From: Phoronis australis | Taxonomy: Eukaryota; Animalia; Phoronida | Length of the DNA: 64,000 bases | Assembly: GCA_002633005.1 (NCBI GenBank) | Contig: NMRA01000328.1 | Coordinates: 256,134 to 320,133 of the forward strand | Direction: 5' to 3' | In this document: positions 23,220 through 36,801 of the stretch, piece by piece | Position numbering within the stretch: position 1 is the stretch's first letter | Layout of the letters: the number at the start of each line of letters is the position of its first letter | Notes under the pieces: model-generated | What the model was told of the DNA's origin: nothing | Seen by the model: the letters and a program-made list of their open reading frames with translations, nothing else | The model's database searches: none | Position numbers and translations under genes: made by a program

Positions 23220-26200
23220 GAGACGGTGGCCATGTTGCAGATGCCTGAGCCAAACGGATTTGCACACTTCAGTTTGGCACAGGTTGGTGAGCAAAACTGA
23301 TGCCTAAGCCAAAGTGAAGCTACTGTGAGTTTCTTCTTCCGGTTTCAACTAACAATCGAAGTACCAATCCTGAGCTAAATGGGAATCGGTCGTAACTGTA
23401 CGCGCAAAGTATCTCTATTTTTCCATTTGACTACAAACAAAAGAAAAGAAAACATCCACCAAGGCGATGTACCGGATATTTCTTTTTTTGGTTAGCTCAA
23501 TCAGTTTTCATTTCACAACCTGGGAATCTTGATAGGTCGTATTTGGTGAGTTCACGTTATGCTATACGTAGAGACCCCTGTTGTCACATAGATCATGATG
23601 GTGTAGCTTTAGAGGATCAAGTAAACCTGTAAAGAAAGTTGGTGTTTTAAAATCAAATTATGGAGATGAGCTAAGGTTAGAATACAGACATTTTCTCTAT
23701 TCCAGCAAGACAATGATGAGTGTTAAGAATGTGAGAAAATGCGACTTATCCAGCAGCCACTACAGTACAATCTCAGGAATTTGGACACAAATAATTTGCC
23801 AAAGTTGTCCTTTTTTTGTTTTCAAGGGCTTCTAAGATTGTTGTGAATGTCCTCGATTATACAAAACTTTGTCTGATGGGTCATTGCACATGAAATCACC
23901 CAGGGTGTCAGGTCACCATCTCAGAATTGGATGAAAATTTACTGAGATGTTAATCATGGTACACAGTGATTACCTGCAAGGGTCTCCGAGATATGGCCCT
24001 TCAAAATATTGGGTGCCACGCCCATTTTTGACCTCGGGAATTGAAACTGCGTTTTTTTTAGATTTTGGAGGCCTGTCACTTCAAAATTAAGCATTGCATT
24101 GTTCTGAAAATGCCTGTATGGGTGAGCTGGATAACAGGCTGTCAAAATCAATCACCAGAGTTTACCTAGCAAATGTCAGTAGTATGCCTAATACTAAATG
24201 ATTGTTTAGTTTAGAGGTCTATCAATTGTTTATAAATGTGCTCCCTTCTTGTGCTGTGATTAATTGCAATTTGATGAGGTCAATGGCTGCATAGGGTGAC
24301 CACATGACCTTTGTGTGGAACCGTGTGACCTCTGTACAAGACCATGGAACCCATGCAACCTGTTTGTTATAAGCTACATATTTACCCTCCTGGTAGTTTT
24401 GCTGTGGCTGTTACAACCTGCATGCTAAAGATTGATGATGGTTGATAACTGTACAATATGGTATGTCTGTGAAAAGAATCACTTTTGAAGTTGTGCATGA
24501 GTTTGCTTAATTTATAAGCAAAAATGCACTTAATGATATGCGAATGTGTGAAGAGCATTGTTGTCTATTTTTTTTCTTTGAACAGAACTGGTGTAGTTGT
24601 GAAGTTACAAAATGTATTTTTCTGTTTAATTTACATGATGGACTATTAAGAGTTGCTGTTGAAGCAGTGCAGGTGGTTGGGTGTATTACATTTTGATATG
24701 AGTTCTGTCACAGATGCAGCCTTGATCTTTAAGTCTACGTCTACAAAGTTTGTAGTGAAGACCTTCCTAACACTATTTTCTCAACATATTTTCTGCTGGC
24801 AGTCACAGTAAGGTACTGTTAATGATTTTTATAACCACTGGCTAAGCTTTTAGCTTTCTGATGTGCTGACAAGAATGGCATGTTACTAAAGTTTCCTTGT
24901 GATTATTTGATTAAAATGTTTGCTTTATGTATTTTATTGTGAGGCATTCGATCCAGTGGCATGGTCATTGGGCACAAATGGTTGTGGACAATTAAATCAG
25001 TCATTTGAGGCAACTAATTCTACCTTGACACTGACCTTGACACCAGGTGGCAACTCTGTCATGTTGACACTCGGCTCTTTTTCAAACTGAGTGTGTTAAC
25101 TTGACTGTTTCACTATTGCAGGGACATCTGTGCTGGGTATACCTATGGATAATTTGAAGGTGATTTGAGATGTCAGTGAGTGGAGCCAGCTCTGATAATG
25201 TTGTGAAAGCATGCTCTGTTATTTCTTAGACAATAATGCTCCATGTGATTAGAGACTTGTGCAGATTTATTATGACCAACCAACTGTGCCCTCAGATTGT
25301 CATCACTTCAGTCATCTTCAGTTTTCCGCAACAGTCACTCTCTAAAGCTCTTTCATTGGTTATTTATTTTTGAAAAAGTTTTGTGTGAACTGATTTATAT
25401 GTCCGTCAATTTATCTCTACCCACATGTGTAAGATATGTGTTCAACTTAAATTCTTGGCAAAGGAATATTTCATGACGGCCACATCCCGTTGCTCCCAAC
25501 TTGTTCGATTCTATAGCCCAATAACAAGCTGGGAAGTTTACCCCCATAGCCATATCTTACACGACTGGTTAACTCCATTCTGGCATTTATGGTTGTAGGG
25601 CCTGCGCTCTTTTGTTCGATACGAAATTGCTCTAATCTCCGATCAGATTGTATCTAGCCTGACTGGGCTGGACTGATAAAAATGAAAGTTAAGCTATAAC
25701 ATATTTGAAATTAAACCAATAGCATTTCTGAATTCCTCGTCAAATGCTGATCATGTTTCGTTTTTGAATCACCAAAATCACCCAACTATAACAGAAGTTA
25801 AGACAATCTATTCTGTCCAAACGGATTACCTGAACGCACAGGGTTTGACTGTGTTCGTACGCGTTGTGCAGCCACCATACGTTTCCTTTGAAGCCTGTGA
25901 GATAATTGGCCTGCTAATTGTTATCATACGGGACAAAAGACTGAGCTGGGCAGTTAACAAAAGACCCAGATGTTATCGTATGTTCAGCACCCTTCACGTC
26001 TGGAAAAGTTACTGAACAACAGAACGCTGTAATGTTCTTTCCTTCTTGTCTGTTAAACAAACCTCAGTTTCCCATTAGCTAAACTCTGGTCCATCACAAC
26101 TCCGTCCCAACTCCTTTTACCTATCCCAGTACTCTCTGGTAGCCACGTCACAGTTTCCACTAGTTCTAAGGATTAAATCAGTGGTAGCGTTGCTTATTTG

Positions 26201-27458
26201 CACTCTCGATTGAATATATGTGTTGCATGTCATTACCTCTAGTGATAACTAGTTATTAGCTTTCCCATTGCTGGGGAGTTGCGATGTGAATATTAAAGTG
26301 ACAGAAGGATTCTAAATCCTTGTGGTATAAACTGGTTATATTGATGTGGCACATTTGGTTACTTACATGTCATAAAAGGTTCACATTATACACCAGTATG
26401 TAACCAAGTATTTGGGCATACCAGGTGTATTCTGCTTACACTGGAGACTTACACCAACTTAAAATCAGGAAGTGCATACTAACGCCACCAGAGCTCAAAA
26501 GCTAAACCGCTTGAAAATCAATTCAACATGAAACTACTTTTGAAGATGATTTCAAATTGGAATAGAAATATATCTGGCTGATTCTCTGTTTACACTCAGA
26601 AGTTTAGAATTGTAATCAATTCATCCTTGTTTAGATTTTGCCAGGCTCTTACAGCTAAACTAGCCAGGGCTGCTGTGCTGTAATGCCTTCTCAATTAACT
26701 AACTTAATTGACATTTAGTCTCTGTAAAGTGTCATTTAGTAGTTAAAAAGCTATGGTCATAGGAATCAAGCAACAAATTGGTTGACCTTGTTGGTACAGT
26801 GTTACAGATGTTGTAATATGTAATTATCATAAATACCATTAATAAAAAATTGACAAAGTATTAGTACATAAAATTGTTGCTTATTCTTATATGCTTTACA
26901 AGTATGTTCTGTTTTCCTTCACAATGTTCAACAAAACCTTGTCAAACGCAGACATATTCCCATCTGACCTCTGTCTGTTGTCTGGGTCCACAGCTGTATC
27001 TCCTAGTATCTTCTTGAAATTTTGTGAAAGTTTGCAGGTGTTGATGGATGATCACATTTGTGGAACTAATTTGGCCACTGCTGTTCCATGAGTGGTAATT
27101 TTATTTTTCGGTTTGCTTTTTTATCTCCCTAGTCCCTCGATATTTCTTTAAGAGACTTAACAGATATGTCCGTAACTTGGAATGGGTGACACTGGACAAC
27201 TTTCTCATGGCTTTGTTATGTTGTACTACTCCTAATTGTGCCTATTGTAGTATTTTTTGTCGCCCGCCTCACATCTGCCAAAGGATTCAGTTGAAAGATA
27301 GTCAAAAAATTTCAGGGATATGTTTCTATTGTTGAAACCTCGGCCTAATTCAAATTGAATGAATACCGCAATAAGTCCAAAAGCACTGACTTGGTGAATT
27401 AAGTCTGACACTTGCTAAGCTCTGCTGAGCTTCAACATATGATTGTCATTTCTAAGTT

Positions 27459-27692
27459 CAGAGGCGGATCTACAGGGGGGGTTCAGGTGGTTCAAACCCC
27501 CCGTCGGGACTGGATCAAAAAGAAAAATTGAAAAAAATTTCGCCAGAAAAACGAAATCAGCTACTAAAAACCACAAAAAATCTTACACCGGAGGAGGGAA
27601 ACCCTCTCCCGACCTTCCTTCCCCTCGGTGCTACGCGCTTCGCATTCGCTCGAATCCTAAACCCCCTTGCTGAAAACATAGATCTGCCACTG
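27459..27692. mobile_element. MITE, 5-bp TSD AAGTT
   Basis: CAGAGGCGGATCTA...TAGATCTGCCACTG flanked by AAGTT on both sides. Confidence 0.85.
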
Positions 27693-27993
27693 AAGTTATT
27701 GGTTGTCTCAAATTTTATGACAGACAAAGAAATTCTAGGAGCCCATGCCAGGTTGGAGGAAACAGTCCCGAATAGGGACTCCACTAAGTCCCCTAAATCA
27801 TTTGCGTGTTTGTTTCGTTCTTTGCTCACAGACGTAGTATTTTTTATCATTTTATCTTTATTTGGAGTTCCTCTTTGACTAATGACTTTTTTTATTAATT
27901 TAACTAAAACTGAGTCCTTATTTCAGTCAATATAATTAAGGAATAATCCTTAAATTAGGGGCGTTGCCTGAAATGATCTCTATGTATTTTCAA

Positions 27994-28935
27994 TGACAGT
28001 AAGTTAAATATAACAAGCTTTGTGAGTGTTTATTAAAAAACAAGTTCAATTGACCGAAACTGGAAGCCAAGATGGCTGTCCGGGCACTAAACCTAAACAA
28101 ATTAATAGCGTAATCACTTTCCTCTGGAACCTACAGAACAATACAAGACTTAAAGCAGAACTAGGGCAAAGGTCTAAGAAGTGAGCACCGGTGAAGGCAA
28201 AACCAAAGTGCTGCCTGATTTTTTGCCAGATGTCAGCCAGAGACGCCGAGTTCTTGACTATCGACCTCCGGGAGATGACAGGGCAATAAGTTGGCCACTT
28301 GTCCGAGCATGAGTGCGAGTGGAGCATTTTTTTTTGTACGGTGGTCAGTCACTCGGCAGCATCGACGTTGCTGCTGACATCGCAACGGGCTGGCATTGGT
28401 TTTCTTTAACCGCTGAGAAGTCAGAAACGGGCCAAAGGTTTTGTCTAGACTAAGATTATATATAAGATTCTGACGCCAGTTCTCATAGGTGGTAATAATT
28501 TCCGTTTTACTTAGAGACCACTGTTTAGGAGCGCGTACGGCCATGTTGAATGAAGTTACCCGATCTGAAAATGTCAGTTACACACATCTTACACTCAAAA
28601 ATAACAAATGTACTTGTTATTTGAAGACTACAGTTGCATTAGAGTCTCTTGGGGTGGGTAAGAGCAGCTGCCACCAGGACAGTAAGTTAAATATAACAAG
28701 CTCCATTTGTGTTTATTAACGAACAAGTCCAATTGACAGAAACCTGAAGCCGAGAGGGCTGTCCGGGGACAAAACGTAAATGAACACAGTGGCGTAATCA
28801 CTTTCCTCTCCTCTGGTTAAGATGGAACCTAGAGAACAATACAAGACTTTAAGTTGGACTAAGGAATACAGCAGAGTAACAACATTTTAAACAGTGATAA
28901 CAGTTGAAAAAACAACGTAATTAACACTTATAACA
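27994..28935 (-). mobile_element. Internally deleted Gypsy-type LTR retrotransposon (two diverged LTRs, PBS, gag N-terminus)
   Basis: Direct repeats 27994-28190 and 28677-28870. On the minus strand TGGTGGCAGC (tRNA-Leu-like PBS) follows the upstream repeat directly, then decayed gag [34 protein letters not shown]. Confidence 0.75.
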
Positions 28936-30348
28936 TAGAGTTCACTCTCAATTTTTATCAAAGCCAAAAATTGACTATGTAACGTGACTCAAACAGCATT
29001 AGAAAGGACAATCGGTATTTTAACAAGACCACAAATACACAGTAGATGGAACTTTGTCGAGTCCCAGTTTGGAACTTCTTCATGCAAATGCGCACGACAG
29101 ACCTAGAAACTTCTTGCCAACATCTTATGTAATTTTGTGCCACTTTGAATATTGGGCTGCTGCCAGGTATTCTGGTCTAAGTATGGCATCCAAACAGAAA
29201 TTGCATGTAGCTCATAAAACTTTTTGCTTTGTCCTTGACCTCTTGCCTCGTTTTCATGTTCAGACTTTTCCATAATAATCGCAGTTTGGAACAGTTAGGA
29301 CTCACTCACATGTTCAATTTCAATAATGGCATTGTTTCTAATTAATGAAATAATTATATTAGGCATGCTAGAGAATTGCTCTTATAGGACCTCTAGTTGT
29401 CTTGTAATTCACCAGGTGAAATATTTTGTACAAATATTTAAAATACACTCCCATTACCCTCTGTGATTAGTTTTACCCACTGATATTGCCAGGGAACTTT
29501 TAGCCAAATTCAATGTTATTTCAGATTAATACTGGCATGCTTTTGCCTTGCATTGTATCTCATAAGTTACTATTTACTATTGTTATCTTTATATATATTT
29601 TGCTATTTATTTATTATTTAGATTTTTGTCCTGTCTTGTGTGCATATATCTTCACATATTTTTCCTCTTATTTTTATTGTTTTGTATGTTTTGTCCGTCT
29701 TTACGTCTTTTTATTTTAATTCTTATTTGTAAGGGACCACCATGCAAATAGTCATCTCACTTTCTGGTGCCATGTACAGATTTTATGTTGGTTATCTTTT
29801 ACTGTTTCACCTGTCTGATTTGTTATCATGTCTCATCTTTACTATCATGCTTTTATATATTGTGTGCACAGTCTTATAAATTCAATCAATCAATCTATTG
29901 TTGATTTTCGGACAGATCCGACTTCCGCTGTGCCCCCCCCCCCCCCCCCCTTAGTGGCAGTTTAGTTGTTTGCACTTGTCTCCATGTCCATACATACCAA
30001 CTTTAAGGTGAAGGATTGCCATGAAATTTGACAAATACGTATGTTTGTGGTGAGGAGAGCCTAGGTGACATTGATCTAGGGTCGAATCCATCCTGCTATA
30101 TAGTGCAGCCTGCATTAATATCTTCGTGGAAGTTTAGAGATAAGTTTCTGTTAGCGAGAGCGCAGCTTATGTTGACTTTTGGACGGATCCTACCACTGCT
30201 GGGCCATCTTGTGCCATTTTTTTTAAACAAATTAGCGCCCTTTATATCTTTGCCATTAGCAATTCACAAATGGTGGACTGTGTGTTTGTGCTCTGTATTT
30301 CTTGTGTTGTTTGAGGTCGACATATACCAGATCATCATTTTATAACAG

Positions 30349-30399
30349 TGATCTCCATGCTAATAATTGTCAGACATGGCGCTGCACCATATTTGAAAG
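30349..30399 (+). other. Candidate 51-nt 5' UTR exon or alternative first exon of the ECE-like gene
   Basis: TTTTATAACAG acceptor and AAG|GTGAGT consensus donor; contains ACATGGCG. Confidence 0.35.
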
Positions 30400-30680
30400 G
30401 TGAGTAATGTATGAAAAGCTCTGAGCCATGTTTAAAATCTTGGGCCATGTTCAAAATACATGATAATGTTGAGATATGTCTAAAAGTCTGGGTTTTGTCT
30501 GGCTTTCAAGTAGGTCTAATTAAAGGAGTGATGCATGGGGAAACTTGTTTTGTATAAAAATACTAGTGACATGCTCAGCATGTGAAGTTATTGTGTAACT
30601 ATAGTAACTGTTGCTTTTGTGGCTTAGCAGAAGGCAATATGAGGACACAAAAACTCAACGGTGTAAATTTGCACCATTAA

Positions 30681-31445
30681 AGTTTCGTCAGACCTTACTG
30701 ACTCGTCGGCATATTTAGCCAAATATCTACAAAACTAGAGATTCTAAGTCAGTAAAAGTGTATTTTCTGTAGAAGACATGTAGATTTTGATTTTTTACTT
30801 TTTAATGATCTCTTATTATTTGGGTCGCTGGCTCTTGACAATATCTATTTAGTAAAATTTAGCTAAAAAGAATGATACATTGTTAGCAAAACAAAGACAT
30901 TAATAACATTGTCAAATTTTTATGGCATCCCTCGGTAAGCTCTGCACATCGTTAGAGAAGGCACCTAAGTTGTAACATATTTGACTTGTTTTACCGTACT
31001 TTATAGGTGATCCAATTCCATGATAATGGTTCAGTAGTACTGAAGTATGGCATGTCAGCAGCAAGAAATGGCAAAACAAAAAGGATTGATACACAATTTT
31101 TAGGTGTATAGAATTTGCAAACACCTAGATGGTAATGTATTTGATGTGAAATGTTTTGCTGTATTCCTTACTATTGAGATTTCATCTTGGAACATTTATA
31201 CCAAATGAGATATATAGTCATGTTTTTGGTACTGTTGTTTTGTTACGAATTTACCATTCTTTTTCCTTTTGCAAATTTTTCTGAAAAACATGATGGGTCA
31301 ATTAATGACAGATTGGTACAAAGTTAAAAACCAAAGTCTGCACGCTGTCTTCTTTTTGAAAATATATATTTTTAAAGGATTGAAATCTTTAGTTTTGTAG
31401 ATATTTGGCTAAATCACAGACTTGTCAGTAAGGTGCTACATAACT
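30681..31445. mobile_element. Kolobok-type MITE, TTAA TSD
   Basis: TTAA|AG...CT|TTAA with about 65-bp TIRs containing ACCTTACTGAC and TTTAGCCAAATATCTACAAAACTA. Confidence 0.8.
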
Positions 31446-32212
31446 TTAAAGAGTTCCCACCATGCATTTTCTTAATTTTTGAGGTTTCAGGTAGTTATCA
31501 TTAAGATTACTCTCCCCTTTTTGTGTAACTTGGCCTGGTCCTTGTGTTTGGACTCATCTATTCAGGTAGGCCAACACCTATCTCCGCACCTATATAAGAT
31601 TTTGCTTATGAATAAAGCATCAATAGTTGTGTCACAAGAGCCTCGTGTTCTGGTTTGCTGGTCAGTTGGGGTTTTGTTGTTGTGCGAGCTTAAGTCTATT
31701 CGCCGTGTGTGCGACTTTGATTCGCCACATTGGTGCCGAAACCTGGGATATGGACCTTTGTAAGAAAAAAGTAAGTGCTGCGAAAGGCTGGCTTAATTAC
31801 CCAGGCCAGTAATGACCACTTCGAAGTGCGTCACGAGGTCCCCATAAGACAAAATAACTGTAGAAAGTTTGTCATGTGAATTTGACTGCAAAATTTTGAC
31901 CAGTGTGTAGAGAAATATCTCGAAAATGTCGATGAAGAACACCTTGAGGTCGAATTGGAATCGCTGGCATCTTATCGGAAAGCTACTTTTCAATGTGAGG
32001 TGGAGGCCCTGCAGTGTCTGAATTTAGTTTAAGGTCAAAATGGCAACGCCCACGGTCAACACGGCATGTCGGGGTCAACAGGTAACAATTTAAAGAAGGT
32101 TGCGTTACCAAAGTTACAGTTGCCGACGTTCAGCGGTAACCTCAAAGAATGGCAGACATTCTATGATATTATTTTGAGGCCATTATTCACCAGAACCCAA
32201 ATCTGCCTGAAG

Positions 32213-32665
32213 TGTTGTGTGCCGCCCTTACCACGTTATTCTAGTATATATAAGACAGCTTACCTAACTGGATATATTCTAGTCTCTGACACCGTAAAGT
32301 AAATTGAAACACTAATGATGGTTGGATATACATTGGATATACATTTTGTCTCTGGTGAGTCTCAAGTACGAAGACAGTATTTCTAAAACTACCAGAACGG
32401 CGTACCTCAGTTCAGCTTCCCTCAGTCCCCTCTGAACTCTACAAACTACTGCACACAAGCTAATGTACAGATACACAGGTATGTACACAGTGACTATTCC
32501 AAGACACACACACACAGCAATAGCACGTTTTAACCCTCAGACTTCACAGCGGCAACTCCCTAACTCTGAACTGCTGCTCTACAGGGATTCTGAAAACACC
32601 CGGGATATGACATAACTTCCGCGTGACGTCACCACCATAGACTTGCTGGAGCACGGTTTACTACA
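32213..32665. mobile_element. Solo LTR (TG...CA, 4-bp TSD GAAG) inserted in BEL gag
   Basis: GAAG|TGTTGTG...TACTACA|GAAG; removing it restores gag PNLPEVNKFSYLQ. Confidence 0.85.
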
Positions 32666-34599
32666 GAAGTTAATAAATTCTCATATTTGCAAAAGTTTGT
32701 TGGAAGGCCAAGCTTTGGAGTGTATAAAGGGTTTGGCACTGACTGCAAAGATTTACAGACACGCACTGGAGTTGTTAGTCAACCGTTATGGCAGAAAAGA
32801 AAAATTAATTTTTTGTCATATGCAGGATTTGTTGAACTTGTCCATTCCTTCAGTGAATGCAAACAACATCAACACATTGTGGAAAATGCTCGACCAACTG
32901 AACGCCCATGTGAGAAGTCTAGAATCACTTGGCATCGATGGTGACCAGTTTGGACTACTTCTGACTCCAGTTATCGTTAGCGGATTGCCAGATGAGGTAA
33001 GGATGGAGTGCACGAGAAACTCCGAGGGAAGGGAAGGTGATCTGCAGTTCTTGTTGGATTTTCTACATGCTGAAGTGTAACACCATAGAGACAGATCAGA
33101 CGCGTTCTTGAAATTGAGTGATAAGCTTAAGGTTGATCTCAGTAGGGAAAAGCGTTTAGCCGAACCAACTACTTCCGCATTTTTTGCTCATGTTGTCCAC
33201 AAAAGCATGCCACAGAAAAATGCTAAGACTTGATGAACCTCGACACGATGTCACGACTCAACAAAATTGAGTCATTGCGCCTGTGTCTCAGGTGCCTCAA
33301 GAAGGGGCATGTTGCGCACAGTTGCAAAGTGTGTTGTGAAAATTGCGATGGAGCTCATCATTACTTGTTGTGCGACAGTGATGTGAACAATTCTACAGCC
33401 AAGATGTCAACTGGTCCTACAGCCACAGGCTGTATTGCAGACTCACTGCTGTTGGTTGCTCAGATCATTCCTGTTTCCTCAAGTGGGCAGGGTCAAAGTT
33501 AGTGTCATTTGGCAGTTTGAAATCTGTGGATTGCATTGAATTGTCTGGTTCTGTTGAGGCGGCTGAGGTACCTTACGGCTGAGGTACCTTACATTTGTTC
33601 CCCCTAGTCAGGTCAAGTTTGCCTGTTGACATGTTAGATAAGTTTGGCTTTGGTGCACTTAAGTTTGCCGATAATTAGGGTGAATCTCATCGCTTGTCAG
33701 TGGATATCCTGATAGGTTTGGATAATTATTGGGATTTCATGGGAGAAGTTATCAAAATCCCTGAAAGATTAGTGGCTCAATATATTATTTTCGGATGGGT
33801 TGTGTCTGGTAGGGTAGGGGGTGCCTCTGCTGTTTCGACGTACACTCTGTTGGACATTTAGTGATGTTCACGATTCGGTATTTCGGAATTTTTGAGAATT
33901 AGAAAGCATTGGTATTGAGCCCAAAAGTGATTAGTAAGTTGTGATCGAGTCTTGGCTAAGTTTGAGAAAAACGTTAGTTTGATTGACGGTCGATCCGAAG
34001 TGGGGTTATCATGGAAACCTAGTTTTCAAAGCCCGAATCTCATAAGTAATGAGAAGTTAGGCATGTGTAGACTGAATGTTTTGACAAAGAAATTAGACCT
34101 TAGACCAGGATCCCAAACTCAAACGAGGCTATGATAATGCTTTGAATGATATGGAAAGGGATGGAATGATTGGAGAAGTCCCTGTGGATGAACGGTCAAA
34201 AGGGGAGTCTGTGTTCTATGTGCCACATCATCCTGGAGTAAAAGAAGCAAACTTGGTATTTCACCCCGTGGCCAAGGTTCTTTCAGTTACAAGGATAACA
34301 TTGCCTCAGTTGGAGTTATTAGGTGCATTGCTATAGGGGCGAGGCTTGTTGATTTTGTAAAACGTACCCTAGTCAATACTTTGAGAAATGAATCTTGGAT
34401 CATTGGACTTAGAAAGTTGACAAAGTTAGTTTGTCGTAAATGCATGGCTTGTAGACGTCAGGATTCTAAGCCTTGTTGTGAACAAGTGGCACCACTGCCC
34501 GAGTTAAGGGTCAAGTATGCACCTCCTTTTTCAGTAACTGGTGTGGATTATGCTGCTCCAGTATTTTGTGTAGACCAACCTGGAAAGAACTTCTATCTT

Positions 34600-35821
34600 T
34601 TTACTTGGCGAAATAAATTTCGCCAAGTATGTTGCTCTTCCACTAATTTTTTTTTTCTTTTTTTTCCTTTTTTTTTTGTTCACATGATACAGGTCGCAAT
34701 TCTCGTCCGATCATCACGAAATTTACACATAACACGTACTTCTGGAAGTACTGGAAGCCTATTGTTTTTCGTCAAAATCGGATCCAAGAAAGCGGCTGTG
34801 GCAGCCATTTTGTTTTCATTTAAAGGTTCAAATGCTTCTGGAGGCTGCAATTTTTTACGTAAAAGGCTAAGAATCGGCACAGTAAATGGACCGGATGTTT
34901 AGCACAAGTTTACTGGAAATTGTTCACTTCCGTTTAAAGATGGCGGAAATATCGGCGATCGCGCATGCGCACCTTGATTTTGTCTAAAAACGTTTTCTCC
35001 TGTAGAGGACGCATTATAAGACCAATTCCTTCGAATTTTTACAGGTATTAGTTTCTTATGACATGCTATATAACAAAGCCAAAAAACCGGAAGTTGCTTT
35101 CAAGATGTCGGATCTGGTGCATGTTGACCCATTTTCAGGCGTGCTGGATTGCGATTTTAAATGGGAAGAGAAAAAGACGTGATTTTTTTGCATGTGGATT
35201 CTTTGAAGTAAACTCTTTCAAATGGCCTCTAACAATTTTTTTCTAAGACTTACCGTTTTCGAGTTATTTGACTTTGAATTTCTTAAAAAAAAACTTTGAA
35301 AGATTTACGGAATTAGGCAATATCATCAGTTTAGATAGAATTTTGAACAGGCTTTCAGAAGATGTTTTCCATTTTTCGCTAGGACGTCTACTTTTTTGAG
35401 TTATTTGAGATTTTCTGATAACGCTGCTCCTTTGTTGAGCGCTCTTGCTGCATTGATGTTGGTTTACCTTCTATGAACTAGACTGTAGCCCATTTCTTAT
35501 TGATTTATGACATCTAAGTTCATCATATGAATGTTGTGATGTTGTTCATCATCGCCACCACCATCATCATAATCGTCATCATCTTCATCATCATCTCCGT
35601 CGTTGTCTTTTCCGTTAATTTCGCCAAGTGTCGCTCAAGACTGTAGCCTTTTTCTTACTGATTTCGGACTTCTACGTTCGTGATGTGTATGTTATTATAA
35701 CTTCTTTTGTTCTTCCTCGCCACCATCGTCGTCATATTCGTCATCTTCGGCATCATCTTTATCGTCATCTTTTTGGTTAATTTCGCCAAGTTTCGCTCCT
35801 CGGAGTGCTTTCATTACTTGT
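34600..35821 (+). mobile_element. Helentron-associated non-autonomous element (HINE/DINE-1-like) inserted in BEL integrase
   Basis: T-run, 5' subTIR ACTTGGCGAAAT with an adjacent inverted copy, ATC-type microsatellite, 3' subTIR ATTTCGCCAAGT, hairpin CGCTCC/GGAGTG, end CTTGTTT, no TSD. Removal restores KNFYLLLFTCAVVR. Confidence 0.8.
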
Positions 35822-36511
35822 TTATTGTTTACATGTGCTGTTGTTCGTGGCTTACATTTGGACCTGAAATGTCAGTTGTTGAATTTTTCAACTTGGTATT
35901 TCGCAGATTTGCTGCTAGGCGTGGTTTGCCAAGTGTATTATACTCAGATAATGCAAAGACTTAAGACTGCAGAAGTTGAGCTAAGAAAATATTTTGGTCA
36001 CATTGCTCCAAAATGGAATTTCATTACTCCCCAGTCCTCATGGTGGGGAGGGTTTTGGGAGCGATTGGTACGGTCAGCAAAGTCAGCTTTGAAAAAGTCA
36101 GTTGGGCCAGGATGCCTAACAAAATCAGAGTTGGAAACCATTTTGCAAGAGATTGAGGCATGCCTCAATTGTCAATCTTTAATGTTTGTTGGTGATGATG
36201 TCAAGTCCGTTGTTCTCTGACACCATCTCATTTTCTCATTGGTAGGAGTTAGTTTTCTGCCAGTGAGGAATATTGCTAGTTGTGACAAGGTTATTAGTGT
36301 TTGTGATTTAAGGGATCGTGATGTACATCCTACTCAGTGCTTAAACACTTTTTGGCAAATTTGGTCGAAAGATTATTTGCGAACTTAACCTTCCTCATGT
36401 TGTGTTCAGTGGTAGAGGAAGTGTGGATGTTGGTACCATAGTGTTAGAAAACGAAGACAATTCACCACGTTTGAAATGGCCAAATGACCGTGTGACCAAG
36501 GTGTTTCCTGG

Positions 36512-36801
36512 CAGTGGCGGATCTACGGGAGGGGGTTCAGGGGTTTTAACCCTCCCTGGGCCAGGACCTAAAAATAAAAAAAAACAAGAATTTCTCTGGC
36601 AAAACAAAAATAGCACCGTGTAAACCCCAAGTAAACCAACTTGGAAAATATTGAGGGGGGGGCTCACACTGAAAATATAATTTTTTGCATTATGAATTGC
36701 TGAGTCTTCGTGACTCCTCGGCAAAATGCGCGGAGATCAATTGTGCGCGCTTCTGTCAACACTTTTGAAGTAGACAAGCATTTTAGATGGATCCACCACT
36801 G
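36512..36801. mobile_element. CAGTGGCGGAT-family MITE at the point where BEL pol breaks off
   Basis: CAGTGGCGGATCTA...TGGATCCACCACTG; no TSD, suggesting an adjacent deletion. Confidence 0.7.

Larger units (their letters stand above)
32090..36511 (+). pseudogene. BEL/Pao gag-pol pseudogene (frameshifts, stops, deletions)
   Basis: Fragments in ORFs 32066, 32643, 33230, 34142, 34381, 35707, 35825 and 36402 lie in canonical gag-RT-RH-IN order. Confidence 0.9.

Noticed and set aside
35707-35964. Hydrophobic membrane-protein-like ORF
   Set aside because: Chimera of the HINE microsatellite and the BEL integrase frame.
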